Below, piece by piece: positions 45,809 to 54,972 of a DNA stretch of 64,000 nt. The notes beneath the pieces are model-generated. The model made no database searches. It worked only from the letters and a program-made list of their open reading frames with translations, and had not been told where the DNA came from. The stretch is from Planctomycetota bacterium (GTDB lineage: Bacteria; Planctomycetota; UBA1135; JACQFD01), in the NCBI GenBank assembly GCA_016792805.1, contig JAEUHX010000042.1, forward strand, positions 132,046-196,045, in the 5' to 3' direction. Position 1 is the stretch's first letter; every line of letters starts with the position of its first letter. Made by a program: the position numbers and the translations under genes.

Positions 45809-46721
45809 GCGACGCAGGCGCCTTCGGCGCACCGAGCTCACCGTGCCCGGCCACTCGGCGGCGATGCTGGCGAAAGCCGCGGCGGGGGGCGCCGACGAGG
45901 TCATTTGTGATCTCGAGGACGCAGTCGCGTTCACACAGAAAGAAGCAGCTCGGTGTGAGGTCGCCAAAGCGCTCTCGGCGCTCTCGTGGGGCGAAAAAGT
46001 GCGAGCGCTCCGCGTGAACCCCATCGAGATGCCCTGGTTCCTCGAGGACGTTCTTACGGTGATCCCGCAGGCCGGCGCGGCGATCGACACCGTGATCCTT
46101 CCGAAAGTGAATAGCCCCGACGAGGTGAAATTTCTCTGTGCACTTTTGTCACAGCTCGAGCGCAAGCACGGCCTTGGCGTAGGACGGATGGGTCTCGAGG
46201 TGCTGATCGAGACCCCGTCTGCGGTGCAACAGATCGATGCGATCGCAGCGGCATCGCCACGCATGGAATCGTTGATCTTCGGCGTTGCCGACTACGCGGC
46301 GTCGATCGCCGCGCGGTTTGACCGCGATCAGTGGACTGAGTTTGCTTATGTCAAGCAACGTATTATTGCGGGGGCGAAGGCGGCCGGACTCGACGCGATC
46401 GACGCCGTCACCTTTCAGCACCGCGATTTGGAGCTTTGCCGCGAGGACGCGCGACGCGCGCGATCCGTGGGGTTCGACGGCAAATGGGTGATTCACCCGG
46501 CGCAGATCCCCGTGGTGCACGAGGCCTTCACTCCAACGGCCGAGGAGGCTGCGCGCGCCGCGCGGATCGTGGAGGCACACCGGCGCGCGGATCTCGAGGA
46601 GGGGCGTGGCGCCATCGTGGTGGACGGGGAGATGGTCGATCTCGCGAGCGTGCGCGTGCAGGAGCGCGTCTTGGAGCGCGCGTGCCGAGCTGGCTTGCTT
46701 GCGATCAAAGCGGAGCCCTAA
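45801..46721 (+). CDS. HpcH/HpaI aldolase / citrate lyase beta (CitE, malyl-CoA lyase-like) family protein
   Basis: RRTELTVPGHSAAMLAKAAAGGADEVICDLEDAV...ALRVNP...VILPKV...LEVLIETPSAV...LIFGVADYAAS...FDGKWVIHPAQI. Overlaps mce by 8 nt. Confidence 0.82.
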   Translation: MGERRRRLRRTELTVPGHSAAMLAKAAAGGADEVICDLEDAVAFTQKEAARCEVAKALSALSWGEKVRALRVNPIEMPWFLEDVLTVIPQAGAAIDTVILPKVNSPDEVKFLCALLSQLERKHGLGVGRMGLEVLIETPSAVQQIDAIAAASPRMESLIFGVADYAASIAARFDRDQWTEFAYVKQRIIAGAKAAGLDAIDAVTFQHRDLELCREDARRARSVGFDGKWVIHPAQIPVVHEAFTPTAEEAARAARIVEAHRRADLEEGRGAIVVDGEMVDLASVRVQERVLERACRAGLLAIKAEP

Positions 46722-46944
46722 CAAATCAAGCGGCGAAGCCGCTCGGCAAGCGTCTCGCAACCGAGTGAAGAAGTATCCGCTGGATACACCGTAAACAGCG
46801 GCCTCTCGGTGTCATGGGAGTTGCCGCTAGGTTCTTGCTCACGCTCTGAACCGTGCTGGAAATCCGGCCGCGAATACGCTGTAGAGATCACGGCGGCCGC
46901 GAGCCAGTCGGCGGCTCAGGTACCTCTTTTCTTGTGAGGGTGTC

Positions 46945-48021
46945 ATGATCTCGAAGCTCCCACATGCTTTGCGAAGCCAATTCTTGAGAGTCTCTCTTAG
47001 TGGAGCTGCAATTCTTGCAAGTGCAGGAAGTGTGGCCGCGCAAGCGCCCGCGGCCGGGCCGGCGAGGCCGGCGCCACCTCTCCGGCCACCCATAGGTGCT
47101 GGGGCTATCGTCAATTCGAATGGAGCGCCCGGCGCGGCCGGCGCGGCTGGAGCCGCTGCGGTGTTTGCGCAAGAGAAGGGGAAAGATGGCGTCGAAGGGC
47201 AGGAAGGGCAGTCAATTTTTGTGTACTGTCCTGTGGATAATGCCAATATTACCCTGGTGGCTGGCAAGGGCGGCAAGGGCGGCAACGGCGGCACAGGGGG
47301 CGTCGGTCTTTCCAACGGCGCAGTCCAAACGGGCGCTCCCGGTAACGGCGGCTGGGGTGGAAAGGGCGGCAAGGGAGGTGGCGTTAAATGTAGCCTTCAA
47401 GGAAAGAACCTTACCGTGAATGCCACTGCAGGAGACGGCGGAACGGGGGGAGACGGCGGCGTGGGTGGCTCCGGACTACGCCCTGCAAATCCGCTCGTGA
47501 ATCTCGACGGAGGCCAGGGTGGTATAGGAGGCTCCGGTGGCGAGCCAGGAATTGTTCATGTTTGGCTGGTGGGCGGTCAGTACGTGAATAGCGCCCTAAG
47601 CGTTACAGGTAAGGCCGGAGCCGGTGGAGGCGGCGGAAAGGGAGGAGCAGGCGGCGCTCCCCTATTGGCCGGTACTGGGGGAAAAGGAGGTGAGGGTGGA
47701 ATGGCACGGGGTGGCGGCGGGTGCGCCGGCATGATTTACAATTATAATCCTACACTGCACACTCTCTCTGCGACTGGTGGCAAGGGAGGCGATGGAGGCG
47801 ATGGAGGCGCAGGAGGCGCAGGCGGTCCCGGCGGTGTCAACGGAGAGCAAGGAAACGGCGGAGACGGCGGTCACGGCGGATCCGCGGGAATTTCCTCCTG
47901 CCCTGCGGCTGTGCTCATTCCTGGTGTTGCAGTTCCAGGCGGTGGCGGCGCGGGAGGCGTGGGAAAGGTGAATGGAATGAACAAGGGTCCTGGTGAATTG
48001 TATAACATGGGCTGCTTGTGA
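46945..48021 (+). CDS. secreted glycine-rich repeat protein (PGRS-like GGxGG runs alternating with short beta strands)
   Basis: Signal-like N-terminus (VSLSGAAILASAGSVAAQA). Periodic units are visible: NITLVAGKGGKGGNGGTGGVG, LTVNATAGDGGTGGDGGVGGSG, LSVTGKAGAGGGGGKGGAGG, LSATGGKGGDGGDGGAGGAGGPGG. Flanking DNA is visibly less GC-rich. Confidence 0.65.
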   Translation: MISKLPHALRSQFLRVSLSGAAILASAGSVAAQAPAAGPARPAPPLRPPIGAGAIVNSNGAPGAAGAAGAAAVFAQEKGKDGVEGQEGQSIFVYCPVDNANITLVAGKGGKGGNGGTGGVGLSNGAVQTGAPGNGGWGGKGGKGGGVKCSLQGKNLTVNATAGDGGTGGDGGVGGSGLRPANPLVNLDGGQGGIGGSGGEPGIVHVWLVGGQYVNSALSVTGKAGAGGGGGKGGAGGAPLLAGTGGKGGEGGMARGGGGCAGMIYNYNPTLHTLSATGGKGGDGGDGGAGGAGGPGGVNGEQGNGGDGGHGGSAGISSCPAAVLIPGVAVPGGGGAGGVGKVNGMNKGPGELYNMGCL

Positions 48022-48102
48022 TGCTCCGGCAGATCCATCTCCGCTGAGTCCCACAGCCGGCGCCGCTGGTTTCTTGATACCCATGAGATCATTCAAGTGA
48101 AC

Positions 48103-49605
48103 ATGACCCCCGAGGCTAGTTCTCATCGATCGCGGCGCCGGCAGCGCACGTCCACAATACTTGTGACGATCCTCGGGAGCCTCGCGCTGGGGCTCCTGGT
48201 TGCCTTCAGCGTTCGCGGCAGAATGGTGCGCGGCGAGGAGGGGCTGCTTCGGGCGCAGCCGACGGAAGTCGCAGCCCTTCAGCCGGCCAACCTAGGCACA
48301 AGTTCAGCGGGAGCCAGGAGCCCAGGGGATATTCGTACGAAGACACAGATTCTGGTTCGCGATCGAGTCAGCGCGATTCCCCTGACTGGAGTATCGCTGA
48401 CCGCACGCGGGGGAGCCGCAAACCTCGGCGGCTCTCCGACCGACTCGGCTGGTCTCTGGTGCGGTCCTCCGAACGCGCTCGCAGGAGTGGAGATGATGGA
48501 CTGCATCCTCCCGCCGGAGCTGGGAGGAATCACAGTTCCCATCGCGGTCCCGAAAGTTGCCGAGCCGGATGGGACCCTCATTCTTGACGTGCCCGCCCTT
48601 GCGCGGCTGCGAGTCGAGCTCAGCGCCACTCCGGATGTCCGCGGAATTGTAGAACTCCATGTATTTGATCTGCCGCCTGTTCCGCCTTCCGCTCCATTGA
48701 GCGACCGCGTTCGCGAGCACCTTGAGATCCAGCGAAACTCCACGCCAGAGTTGTATGTCAAACAGCTCGCGGAGCGGGGGCTGCGGGAGCGGCCTATGGA
48801 GCGGACCAAGAGCTTGGAGTTCTCCTCGTCTGAGGACTGCCGCCTCACACAGATTGATTTCGATGTCCCCTACGCTGGCGACATGGTCGCGGCCGCCGAC
48901 TCTCGCGGCTGCGTTCCTCTGCGCAAGCGGGTGGCGCTGCAGCGGGGAGAGATCACAACTGTTCCTTTGCTTTGCCGTCGGAAGCCCATCATCTCCGGCA
49001 TCGTTCGCGACGCCTTCGGCAAGCGGCTGCCGGGCATACAGGTTACCGCCGCTTCGAAGGGAAGCTTTGACGGCACGGAGGTGCTCCCTCACTCGCTCAA
49101 CGAGCCGGGCGGGCCCGCACTGATCCATGTGGTGGGTCTCGGAAAATCCGTTGGAGTTGCAGTCGTTCAATTATCGCGGCGTACCAATGAAGAAGGGCAG
49201 TACGAGATCGAGATGCCGTTCACGGGAGATGTGGCTGCTTGGTGCTCTCTGGAAGGCAGCGGCAGTGCGTATGCAGAGCGCATAGTTCCGTCACGCGATT
49301 CGGCTGTCCCAGATTTGGATCTTCGGCTTCCGCCTCGAATGGAGCCGCCCCTTCGGCTGCTTTTAGTTGCTCCGGACGGATACCCCTTGGCGCGTTCCAC
49401 AGTTCTCGTTTCGGAGACCGACCCAGCGAATCCCTTCTATCGGTCCTATCCGGAAGTCTGCACAGATGAGAGCGGGTGGCTCGACGCGACAATTCTTGAG
49501 CCCGGCCGCACTTATCAATTCTCCGCCCTGCAGGGAGCGCCGCTCGGAGGCGTCTGGAACGCAAGCAGCGGGTTGGTTGTCGAGCTTCGCTCCGGGCCCC
49601 CCTGA
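48103..49605 (+). CDS. single-pass membrane protein with carboxypeptidase-regulatory-like beta-sandwich repeats
   Basis: The cytoplasmic N-terminus is Arg-rich (SSHRSRRRQRTS), followed by a TM helix (ILVTILGSLALGLLVAF). CarboxypepD_reg-like strings follow: ISGIVRDAFGKRLPGIQVTA and TNEEGQYEIEMPF. GTG 48097 is an alternative start. Confidence 0.6.
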   Translation: MTPEASSHRSRRRQRTSTILVTILGSLALGLLVAFSVRGRMVRGEEGLLRAQPTEVAALQPANLGTSSAGARSPGDIRTKTQILVRDRVSAIPLTGVSLTARGGAANLGGSPTDSAGLWCGPPNALAGVEMMDCILPPELGGITVPIAVPKVAEPDGTLILDVPALARLRVELSATPDVRGIVELHVFDLPPVPPSAPLSDRVREHLEIQRNSTPELYVKQLAERGLRERPMERTKSLEFSSSEDCRLTQIDFDVPYAGDMVAAADSRGCVPLRKRVALQRGEITTVPLLCRRKPIISGIVRDAFGKRLPGIQVTAASKGSFDGTEVLPHSLNEPGGPALIHVVGLGKSVGVAVVQLSRRTNEEGQYEIEMPFTGDVAAWCSLEGSGSAYAERIVPSRDSAVPDLDLRLPPRMEPPLRLLLVAPDGYPLARSTVLVSETDPANPFYRSYPEVCTDESGWLDATILEPGRTYQFSALQGAPLGGVWNASSGLVVELRSGPP

Positions 49606-49838
49606 TTGCGTCTGCGCTCGCCGCGGGCGGCAGGCTGCGCTCGTGAGCGGAGCGTCGGGCTCGGGGATGCGCACGCCACGGGGAGTTCCGGCAGGCGAGG
49701 CACCGCGACCAGCCTGATCGCGAACGGGCCGGCGCAGCTCACGCCCGCGACGGAATGGGCTCGCCCGGCGGGGCTGGCGGAGCCGGACGGGCGAGAATCG
49801 CAGCCGCCCCTGTGGCATCCTACGAACGGAGCGAACCC

Positions 49839-50717
49839 ATGATCCCGCTACGCACGACCATCCTCGGCTTCGACTTCTCGAAAGGATCCAAGCATGCCCT
49901 CGCGCACGCAGTGGACTGGGTGGAGCGTTGCGGCGGAGAGCTCGTGCTGGCCCACGCGACGCCGGGGCCTGCCGGCGTGCTGGTGCCGCTCGCGGAGACG
50001 GCGCCCGTATTTGTGGATACGTCTGAGCTGGACGACGCCATGCGGGCGCGGCTTGAGCGCGTGGCGCACGGATTCGATGATCGAAAGTTCAAAGTTCGAG
50101 CGGAACTCCTCTTGGGAGCGCCCGGGTCGAGCCTGCTCGAGTGCATTGAGCGCGAGAAAGCCGACCTTACGATTGTCGGCGCCGACGAGAGCGGACTGCG
50201 CACGGCGCTGCTCGGGAGCGTCGCCGAGACGGTGGCGCGCGAGGCCGCGGGCCCGGTTCTCGTGGCGCGCGGCACGAAATGTGAGGTTGCAAACGGCGTC
50301 GTCGTGGGAGTCGACTTAAGCCCGCATTCGCGCGCGGCGCTGAAGATCGCCGCCGAGGTCGCCACGGCGTTCGGCGCGCCCCTCACGGTGGTTTATGTGA
50401 CACCGCCGATTCTGGAGTCGCGTTCCGCCAAGGACGACGGGAAGGCCGTGTGGCGGCAGGTGCGTGCCTCCGCCGAAAAGACGCTCGGCGAGTGGACCTC
50501 CGGGCTGCGGGCGAAAATTGAGATTCGCGAGGGCGATCCGGCGAAGGAACTGCTGTCGTGCATGAAGGAGCGCGAGGCAGGGCTGCTGGTCCTCGCTCGG
50601 CGCGGTCGCTCGTTGCTGGAGCGGCTCCTGATGGGCTCGGTCGTCTCGAAGGTTCTCCGCAAGGCTGGCTTCCCGGTGCTGGTCGTGCCTCGGGCACGGG
50701 CGAAGGCCGCGAAGTAA
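49839..50717 (+). CDS. tandem universal stress protein (UspA family)
   Basis: Two Usp domains are present: ILGFDFSKGSKHALAHAVDW...LIVGADESG...GSVAETVAREAAGPVLVAR and VVVGVDLSPHSRAAL...LLVLARRGRS...MGSVVSKVLRKAGFPVLVV. Confidence 0.85.
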   Translation: MIPLRTTILGFDFSKGSKHALAHAVDWVERCGGELVLAHATPGPAGVLVPLAETAPVFVDTSELDDAMRARLERVAHGFDDRKFKVRAELLLGAPGSSLLECIEREKADLTIVGADESGLRTALLGSVAETVAREAAGPVLVARGTKCEVANGVVVGVDLSPHSRAALKIAAEVATAFGAPLTVVYVTPPILESRSAKDDGKAVWRQVRASAEKTLGEWTSGLRAKIEIREGDPAKELLSCMKEREAGLLVLARRGRSLLERLLMGSVVSKVLRKAGFPVLVVPRARAKAAK

Positions 50718-50783
50718 CAGTCCGACCGTCGATCGCGGCTCGGTGACGCACTCAGTTCGGAGTGCGGGTGGGGTTCGTTCTGA

Positions 50784-51266
50784 GTGCCGAGGCCCGAACC
50801 CCGAAGGGATCTCGATGTCTCCGGCGCCTGCGTGTTCTTGCAGCAGGAGATTCGCTCCTTGGGGCGCAGGGCCGGCGAAAGAGGCGATTCACTCGCAGAT
50901 GCCGTCATTCTTCTGGGCGGAGACATTTGTGATAAATTAACACTACTGCGGTTGGTTCGGAGCGAGATGCCTCGATCGCTCGTATTGACCACAGATCTCG
51001 ATGCGCGCTACCTCGATCCCTCGGAGCGCCCGTTCACTCGGAACCTCGTGATCGTCTCCCACGAGTCGCTGGAGCCATCCGAGTTCGGGGAGGCTCGCTT
51101 CCGAGATGAGTACCAGCGGCGGGAGATCGAATCGGCCGATTGTGGTGAAGCAGACTCCAAGAGCTGGAGCGAGCTCATGTCCGAGGTGGACGGCGCGAGG
51201 AAAGGTGTCTTCGCGCCCATCCACGAGACACCGCTCAATCGCGCTGTGCTCATTCCGTGCAGCTAG
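50784..51266 (+). CDS. hypothetical protein or gene fragment
   Basis: The ORF has a moderately coding-like codon pattern but lower GC, no recognisable motif and no clear RBS. It may be a remnant. Confidence 0.3.
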   Translation: MPRPEPRRDLDVSGACVFLQQEIRSLGRRAGERGDSLADAVILLGGDICDKLTLLRLVRSEMPRSLVLTTDLDARYLDPSERPFTRNLVIVSHESLEPSEFGEARFRDEYQRREIESADCGEADSKSWSELMSEVDGARKGVFAPIHETPLNRAVLIPCS

Positions 51267-51401
51267 GGGTGCCCACATTGCTCTCGATGTTGGGTGTCCA
51301 ATTGTGATCCACGTCCATGCGGCAAGTGCTCAGGTGATGTCAGCCGGTCATGACAGCGCGATGCCAATGATTCGCTGTCGCGGACAGAACCCAACGGCTT
51401 G

Positions 51402-53123
51402 CTAGGGCTGAATGAGCAGGACCAACGCATTGCTGGCGCTCAGGCCGAGCGGCGCGGGCGTGCAGGGAGCACCCCAGGCGAAGATGGACTGCCCTGTGAA
51501 ACGCTGCCCGGCGAGCGTCGGCATTGGCGGGATCGGAAGCGGTGTGTGACCGATTCCGGCGGCGTCGGCAGGATGATCAAGCAGCACCAGGGTGTTCGAA
51601 GCGGCGAAATCAATATAGAGATTGAGGCCAACTCCGAAGGGGTCTGCGCCCGAGGCAAGAAGCCGGTCGGTCAGGACCACTATTCCAAGAGAGGAGGCTG
51701 GGGCACGATCTGTACGAATCTCAAAAGTGGCAGATCCTATGAATGGGACCCCGCTCCCCATGAGCCGGTGCGGGCCGTCGCAGCCGGGACTGCTGCGCCC
51801 GTAGAGCTTCAGCCCGAAGGGAACCAGAGAAGCGAGGGTCGCTCCCGGCGCGCCAGGTCCGGCGCTTCCTCCGACGAGCAGCTCGGAAACACCGTCGCCG
51901 TTGACATCGCCGGCCGCCAGAGCGGCGCCGAAGGAAAGACCCGACTGCGGGCCGTCGATGGAACCCAGAAGGAAAGTATTTGGATGAACAAATACGCGCG
52001 CCGACCCTGCTGCGGCGAACCCGCCCGAGGTGGCGAATGGCGCGCCTACGGCGAGATCTCGAGCACCGTCCACATCGATGTCCCCAAGATCCGCGAGGGC
52101 AGCCCCGAGAAGCTCACCCGCGCTTTGCCCAGCGACAGAAAGGATCTGGGCTCCCGTAGCCCCGGAGTACACCGACGCGCGGCCAGACTGAATCCCGGGA
52201 GCGTCTGCTCCGGGAGCTCCAATGAGGACATCGGGCACTCCGTCTCCGTTCGAGTCGCCCGCCGAAGCGAGCGCGAAGCCGAACGCATCGCCTTCGGCGG
52301 CGCCCGACCATGCTGCAAGGGCGCCTCCGCCCGCGCCGGAGACGATACGCACAGATCCTGCACCCGTTGGGGGGAAGAGAAATCCGCCGAACGACCCGTA
52401 GAATTGTATGATCGTGCCGGGAGACCCGATGGCGAGGTCGGGCACTCCGTCCAGGTTCATGTCGCCGACTCCCGCGACACTTGCGCCGAGGAAGCTCCCG
52501 TTCGCGACGCCCGGGACCGAGAGCAGATGCGCTCCTCCGATTCCCGAAAGCAGGAACACATCCCCATGAGTGATGTCGTAGAAGTAACTCGTCGGCGCCC
52601 CGGCGGCGCAATCATCGATGCCGTCGAGATTCACGTCCCCGAGATTCGCAACGCTCCATCCGAGCGCATTTGTGCCTGTGGCCGTGAAGATGACCGCACC
52701 GCTGGATCCGGAGTATGCAATCACCTTTCCGTTGAATGGGCAGTCGCACTCATGCATCGGCGCGCCGGCAAAGAGATCGGGCACGCCGTCGCCGTTCAAG
52801 TCGCCAGCGGGCGCGAGCGACTTTCCCAGCGTGTCGCCGAAACCGGTTCCCGAAGCACTCCACAGATCCGACCCGTTTGCGCTATTGTATGCTGTGATCC
52901 TGCCCCTTGGCGTCGCGGCTCCGCCGCCATACCAGTCAGACATAAACAAATCGCGGCGCCCATCACCGTTGAGATCACCTCCAATAGCGACTGCGGACCC
53001 GAATGCGACTGAGTCTCCAGGAGCGGAAACGTTTAGGAGTGGCGTTTGACTGGATGCCGAAGCACTGAGAAGTACGAGCGCGAGAGAGCACGAAACGCAA
53101 CGATCGAAGAGTGCGTGCTTCAT
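51402..53123 (-). CDS. secreted FG-GAP repeat protein with family-specific C-terminal domain
   Basis: ATG 53123 gives MKHALFDRCVSCSLALVLLSASASSQ (signal peptide). There are at least 8 FG-GAP/Ca-binding repeats (DLNGDGRRDLF, DLNGDGVPDLFAGAP, DVNLDGIDDCAAGAP, DMNLDGVPDLAIGSP, DSNGDGVPDVLIGAP, DIDVDGARDLAVGAP, DVNGDGVSELLVG). The C-terminus is ...LPIPPMPTLAGQRFTGQS...LGLSASNALVLLIQP. Confidence 0.85.
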   Translation of the reverse strand: MKHALFDRCVSCSLALVLLSASASSQTPLLNVSAPGDSVAFGSAVAIGGDLNGDGRRDLFMSDWYGGGAATPRGRITAYNSANGSDLWSASGTGFGDTLGKSLAPAGDLNGDGVPDLFAGAPMHECDCPFNGKVIAYSGSSGAVIFTATGTNALGWSVANLGDVNLDGIDDCAAGAPTSYFYDITHGDVFLLSGIGGAHLLSVPGVANGSFLGASVAGVGDMNLDGVPDLAIGSPGTIIQFYGSFGGFLFPPTGAGSVRIVSGAGGGALAAWSGAAEGDAFGFALASAGDSNGDGVPDVLIGAPGADAPGIQSGRASVYSGATGAQILSVAGQSAGELLGAALADLGDIDVDGARDLAVGAPFATSGGFAAAGSARVFVHPNTFLLGSIDGPQSGLSFGAALAAGDVNGDGVSELLVGGSAGPGAPGATLASLVPFGLKLYGRSSPGCDGPHRLMGSGVPFIGSATFEIRTDRAPASSLGIVVLTDRLLASGADPFGVGLNLYIDFAASNTLVLLDHPADAAGIGHTPLPIPPMPTLAGQRFTGQSIFAWGAPCTPAPLGLSASNALVLLIQP

Positions 53124-53488
53124 GCTCGCAGTTTGGCGATCGGCTCCAATCGGTGCGATCCCTGGCCGGGCTCGCCGCTTGACAATTGCTATTGTGTGTC
53201 CGTTTCGCGAGCGAGGGCCGTGCCGCACGGGTGGACCGAGCCGGCGGTCCGAAGGGCACCGGCGCGGAAATTCGACACCTCACTTCCAATGAGCTCGTCG
53301 GAAGTACCCGACTCGTCCGAGCAACGGACATGGCGAGCCGGCTTTCGTGCCGAAGAGTTGATCACTGCCAGCGGAGGGATTCGAGCCGCCATGGAGCGGG
53401 GATCGACTGCCGCAATGAGAGGCCCGGTGGCTGTTCCCACCCGGCGCAGCGGGTCGCAGCGTCTCCGAGCAGCACCGGGATTGGCCTC

Positions 53489-53652
53489 GGAGAACGTTGC
53501 GAAAGTCCTTCGAGCTGCGCGGGGACCTCGTCGCCCAACGCGGGGGCGCCTCGTCCTCGACGGAACTCCTTGGCTACGTCTGCGGGGAGGCTCCTGTCGC
53601 TGGACGACGATTCCTCGCGCTCGCATTCCGGAGCACTCTTGAAACGTCCTCC
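53489..53652. repeat. 164-bp miniature inverted-repeat element (copy B), intergenic
   Basis: About 80 percent identical to 776-939 and in the same orientation. Termini are GGAGAACGTTGCGAAAGT... and ...CACTCTTGAAACGTCCTCC. The central core is GGAACTCCTTGGCTACGTCT. Confidence 0.7.
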
Positions 53653-53677
53653 ACGCGCCCACCCCCTGTGCGGCAGG

Positions 53678-54835
53678 CTACCAGCGCGTCAGCGGTAGGT
53701 CCTCGCGCCCTTCCTGAATGCCGTCGACGGAGCCGACTTGATAGCTCCAGCCGATGCCCTCGGGGAAGGTCTGGTGGCGCGGCACGAGGATCGCCCCTTT
53801 GATGCACACCTGCTCGCAGAGCTTGCAGGAAACGCACTTTTTCTCGTCGACGACAGCCACGCGATTCACCGTGCCGTCGAAATCCTCGAGATGAATGCAA
53901 TCAAAAGGACACACATCGACGCAGAACTCGCACCCGGTGCAGAGCTCCTCGATCACCTGCGCCTTCGGCACTTCCTTCGGCTTCAAATACTGAATGATCT
54001 TGTCGTGCTGGCCGACGATCGCGTCGAAGGGGCAGTACGTTCCGCAAACCGAACAATTAATGCAGAGCTGCGGATCGATGTAGTGGCGCGCCTTGCTCTG
54101 CCCCGTGATGGCATTCGTGGGGCAGACGCGCTCACAGATCGTGCATCCAGTGCAGGCTTCTGTAATGAAGTGCGCTGTCCAGGTAAACGAATCGCGCACC
54201 TTGGCGTCGTGGAAGACTGCCACCTCGAGGACGCGATGCGCGTCGTAGTGGTGCTTCACGCCGACGACCGCGTCATCGAAGTCGACCTTCACAGTGAACC
54301 GGTCGGGGAACGCGGCCGACAGATTGCATAGAAGCCGAACCATCGGGTCGACCATCCAGGCGCGCACATAGAGCTGGCGCCCGCCAGCTACCACCTGCAT
54401 GGAGTAGTCCGGCATGTCGGCCGTGATGCCGTAGCGGTAGCGGTCGCGAACTTGCGGGACAACGGCCGGGAACTCGACCCGCACGACGGTATAGCCTTCC
54501 CGCTTCTCCACCGTGTACTTGCGCCCGTAGCGCCTTTCGCGCTCCTCGGGATCGTCGTAGATGGAGTCTTTTGCCGCGGCCCAGGCCGCCTCCCAGCCGG
54601 CCACCTCCTTCGGGGCGCCGCCATCGACGTCGTCCGGCGGCGGCAGCTCACCGCTCCAGAGGATCGCGTTCGTGGGGCAGATCTCGACGACCTTGCGGGC
54701 GTTGTACTTGTCCGTCGGATGCCCCGGCGTCGCGTGGGCCTTCGCATCGTCTCCCATGAAGAAGACGTCCGGGAAGTCCTTGCAGCACGCGTCGCACGCG
54801 ATGCACTTCACGGGGTCGACGGAGTATTCGGGCAT
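53678..54835 (-). CDS. multi-cluster 4Fe-4S ferredoxin-domain protein (five CxxCxxC...CP motifs) with a non-Fe-S central insert
   Basis: The N-terminus carries CIACDACC...CPTNA. The C-terminal half carries CTGCTICERVCP, CINCSVCGTYCP, CTGCEFCVDVCP and CVSCKLCEQVCI. Roughly aa 60-215 have no Cys motif. Confidence 0.8.
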   Translation of the reverse strand: MPEYSVDPVKCIACDACCKDFPDVFFMGDDAKAHATPGHPTDKYNARKVVEICPTNAILWSGELPPPDDVDGGAPKEVAGWEAAWAAAKDSIYDDPEERERRYGRKYTVEKREGYTVVRVEFPAVVPQVRDRYRYGITADMPDYSMQVVAGGRQLYVRAWMVDPMVRLLCNLSAAFPDRFTVKVDFDDAVVGVKHHYDAHRVLEVAVFHDAKVRDSFTWTAHFITEACTGCTICERVCPTNAITGQSKARHYIDPQLCINCSVCGTYCPFDAIVGQHDKIIQYLKPKEVPKAQVIEELCTGCEFCVDVCPFDCIHLEDFDGTVNRVAVVDEKKCVSCKLCEQVCIKGAILVPRHQTFPEGIGWSYQVGSVDGIQEGREDLPLTRW

Positions 54836-54972
54836 GGTGTTGAGAGTGCGGAAGTCGTGGCTTCGAGAAGAGTCGTCGCGCGGTGTTGGACCGGCGGGAA
54901 TTCGGCGGAAACTATCGGCTCACAGAGGGTTCCGATCAACCGAGGAGCGGACCTCGGGGGTTCCCGGCTCGC

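Noticed and set aside
46839-47372. 177-aa Pro-rich minus-strand ORF
   Set aside because: It is the reverse-complement reading of the GGN-rich glycine codons, which gives CCN proline runs. The plus-strand protein has a signal peptide and ordered periodicity.
47250-47900. Periodic short repeats that could be mistaken for a CRISPR or tandem-repeat array (also 39720-39840)
   Set aside because: The periodicity is codon-level GGC/GGA glycine repetition inside ORFs. There are no constant-length direct repeats separated by unique spacers. I found no CRISPR array in the window.
50747-50766. Hairpin CGCACTC-AGTTCG-GAGTGCG after the usp gene as a terminator
   Set aside because: The stem is only 7 bp and is not followed by a T-tract. 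It is too weak to annotate.
51399-53012. 537-aa plus-strand ORF
   Set aside because: It is the mirror frame of the FG-GAP gene, whose Ca-binding repeats are unmistakable on the minus strand. It has no motifs of its own.
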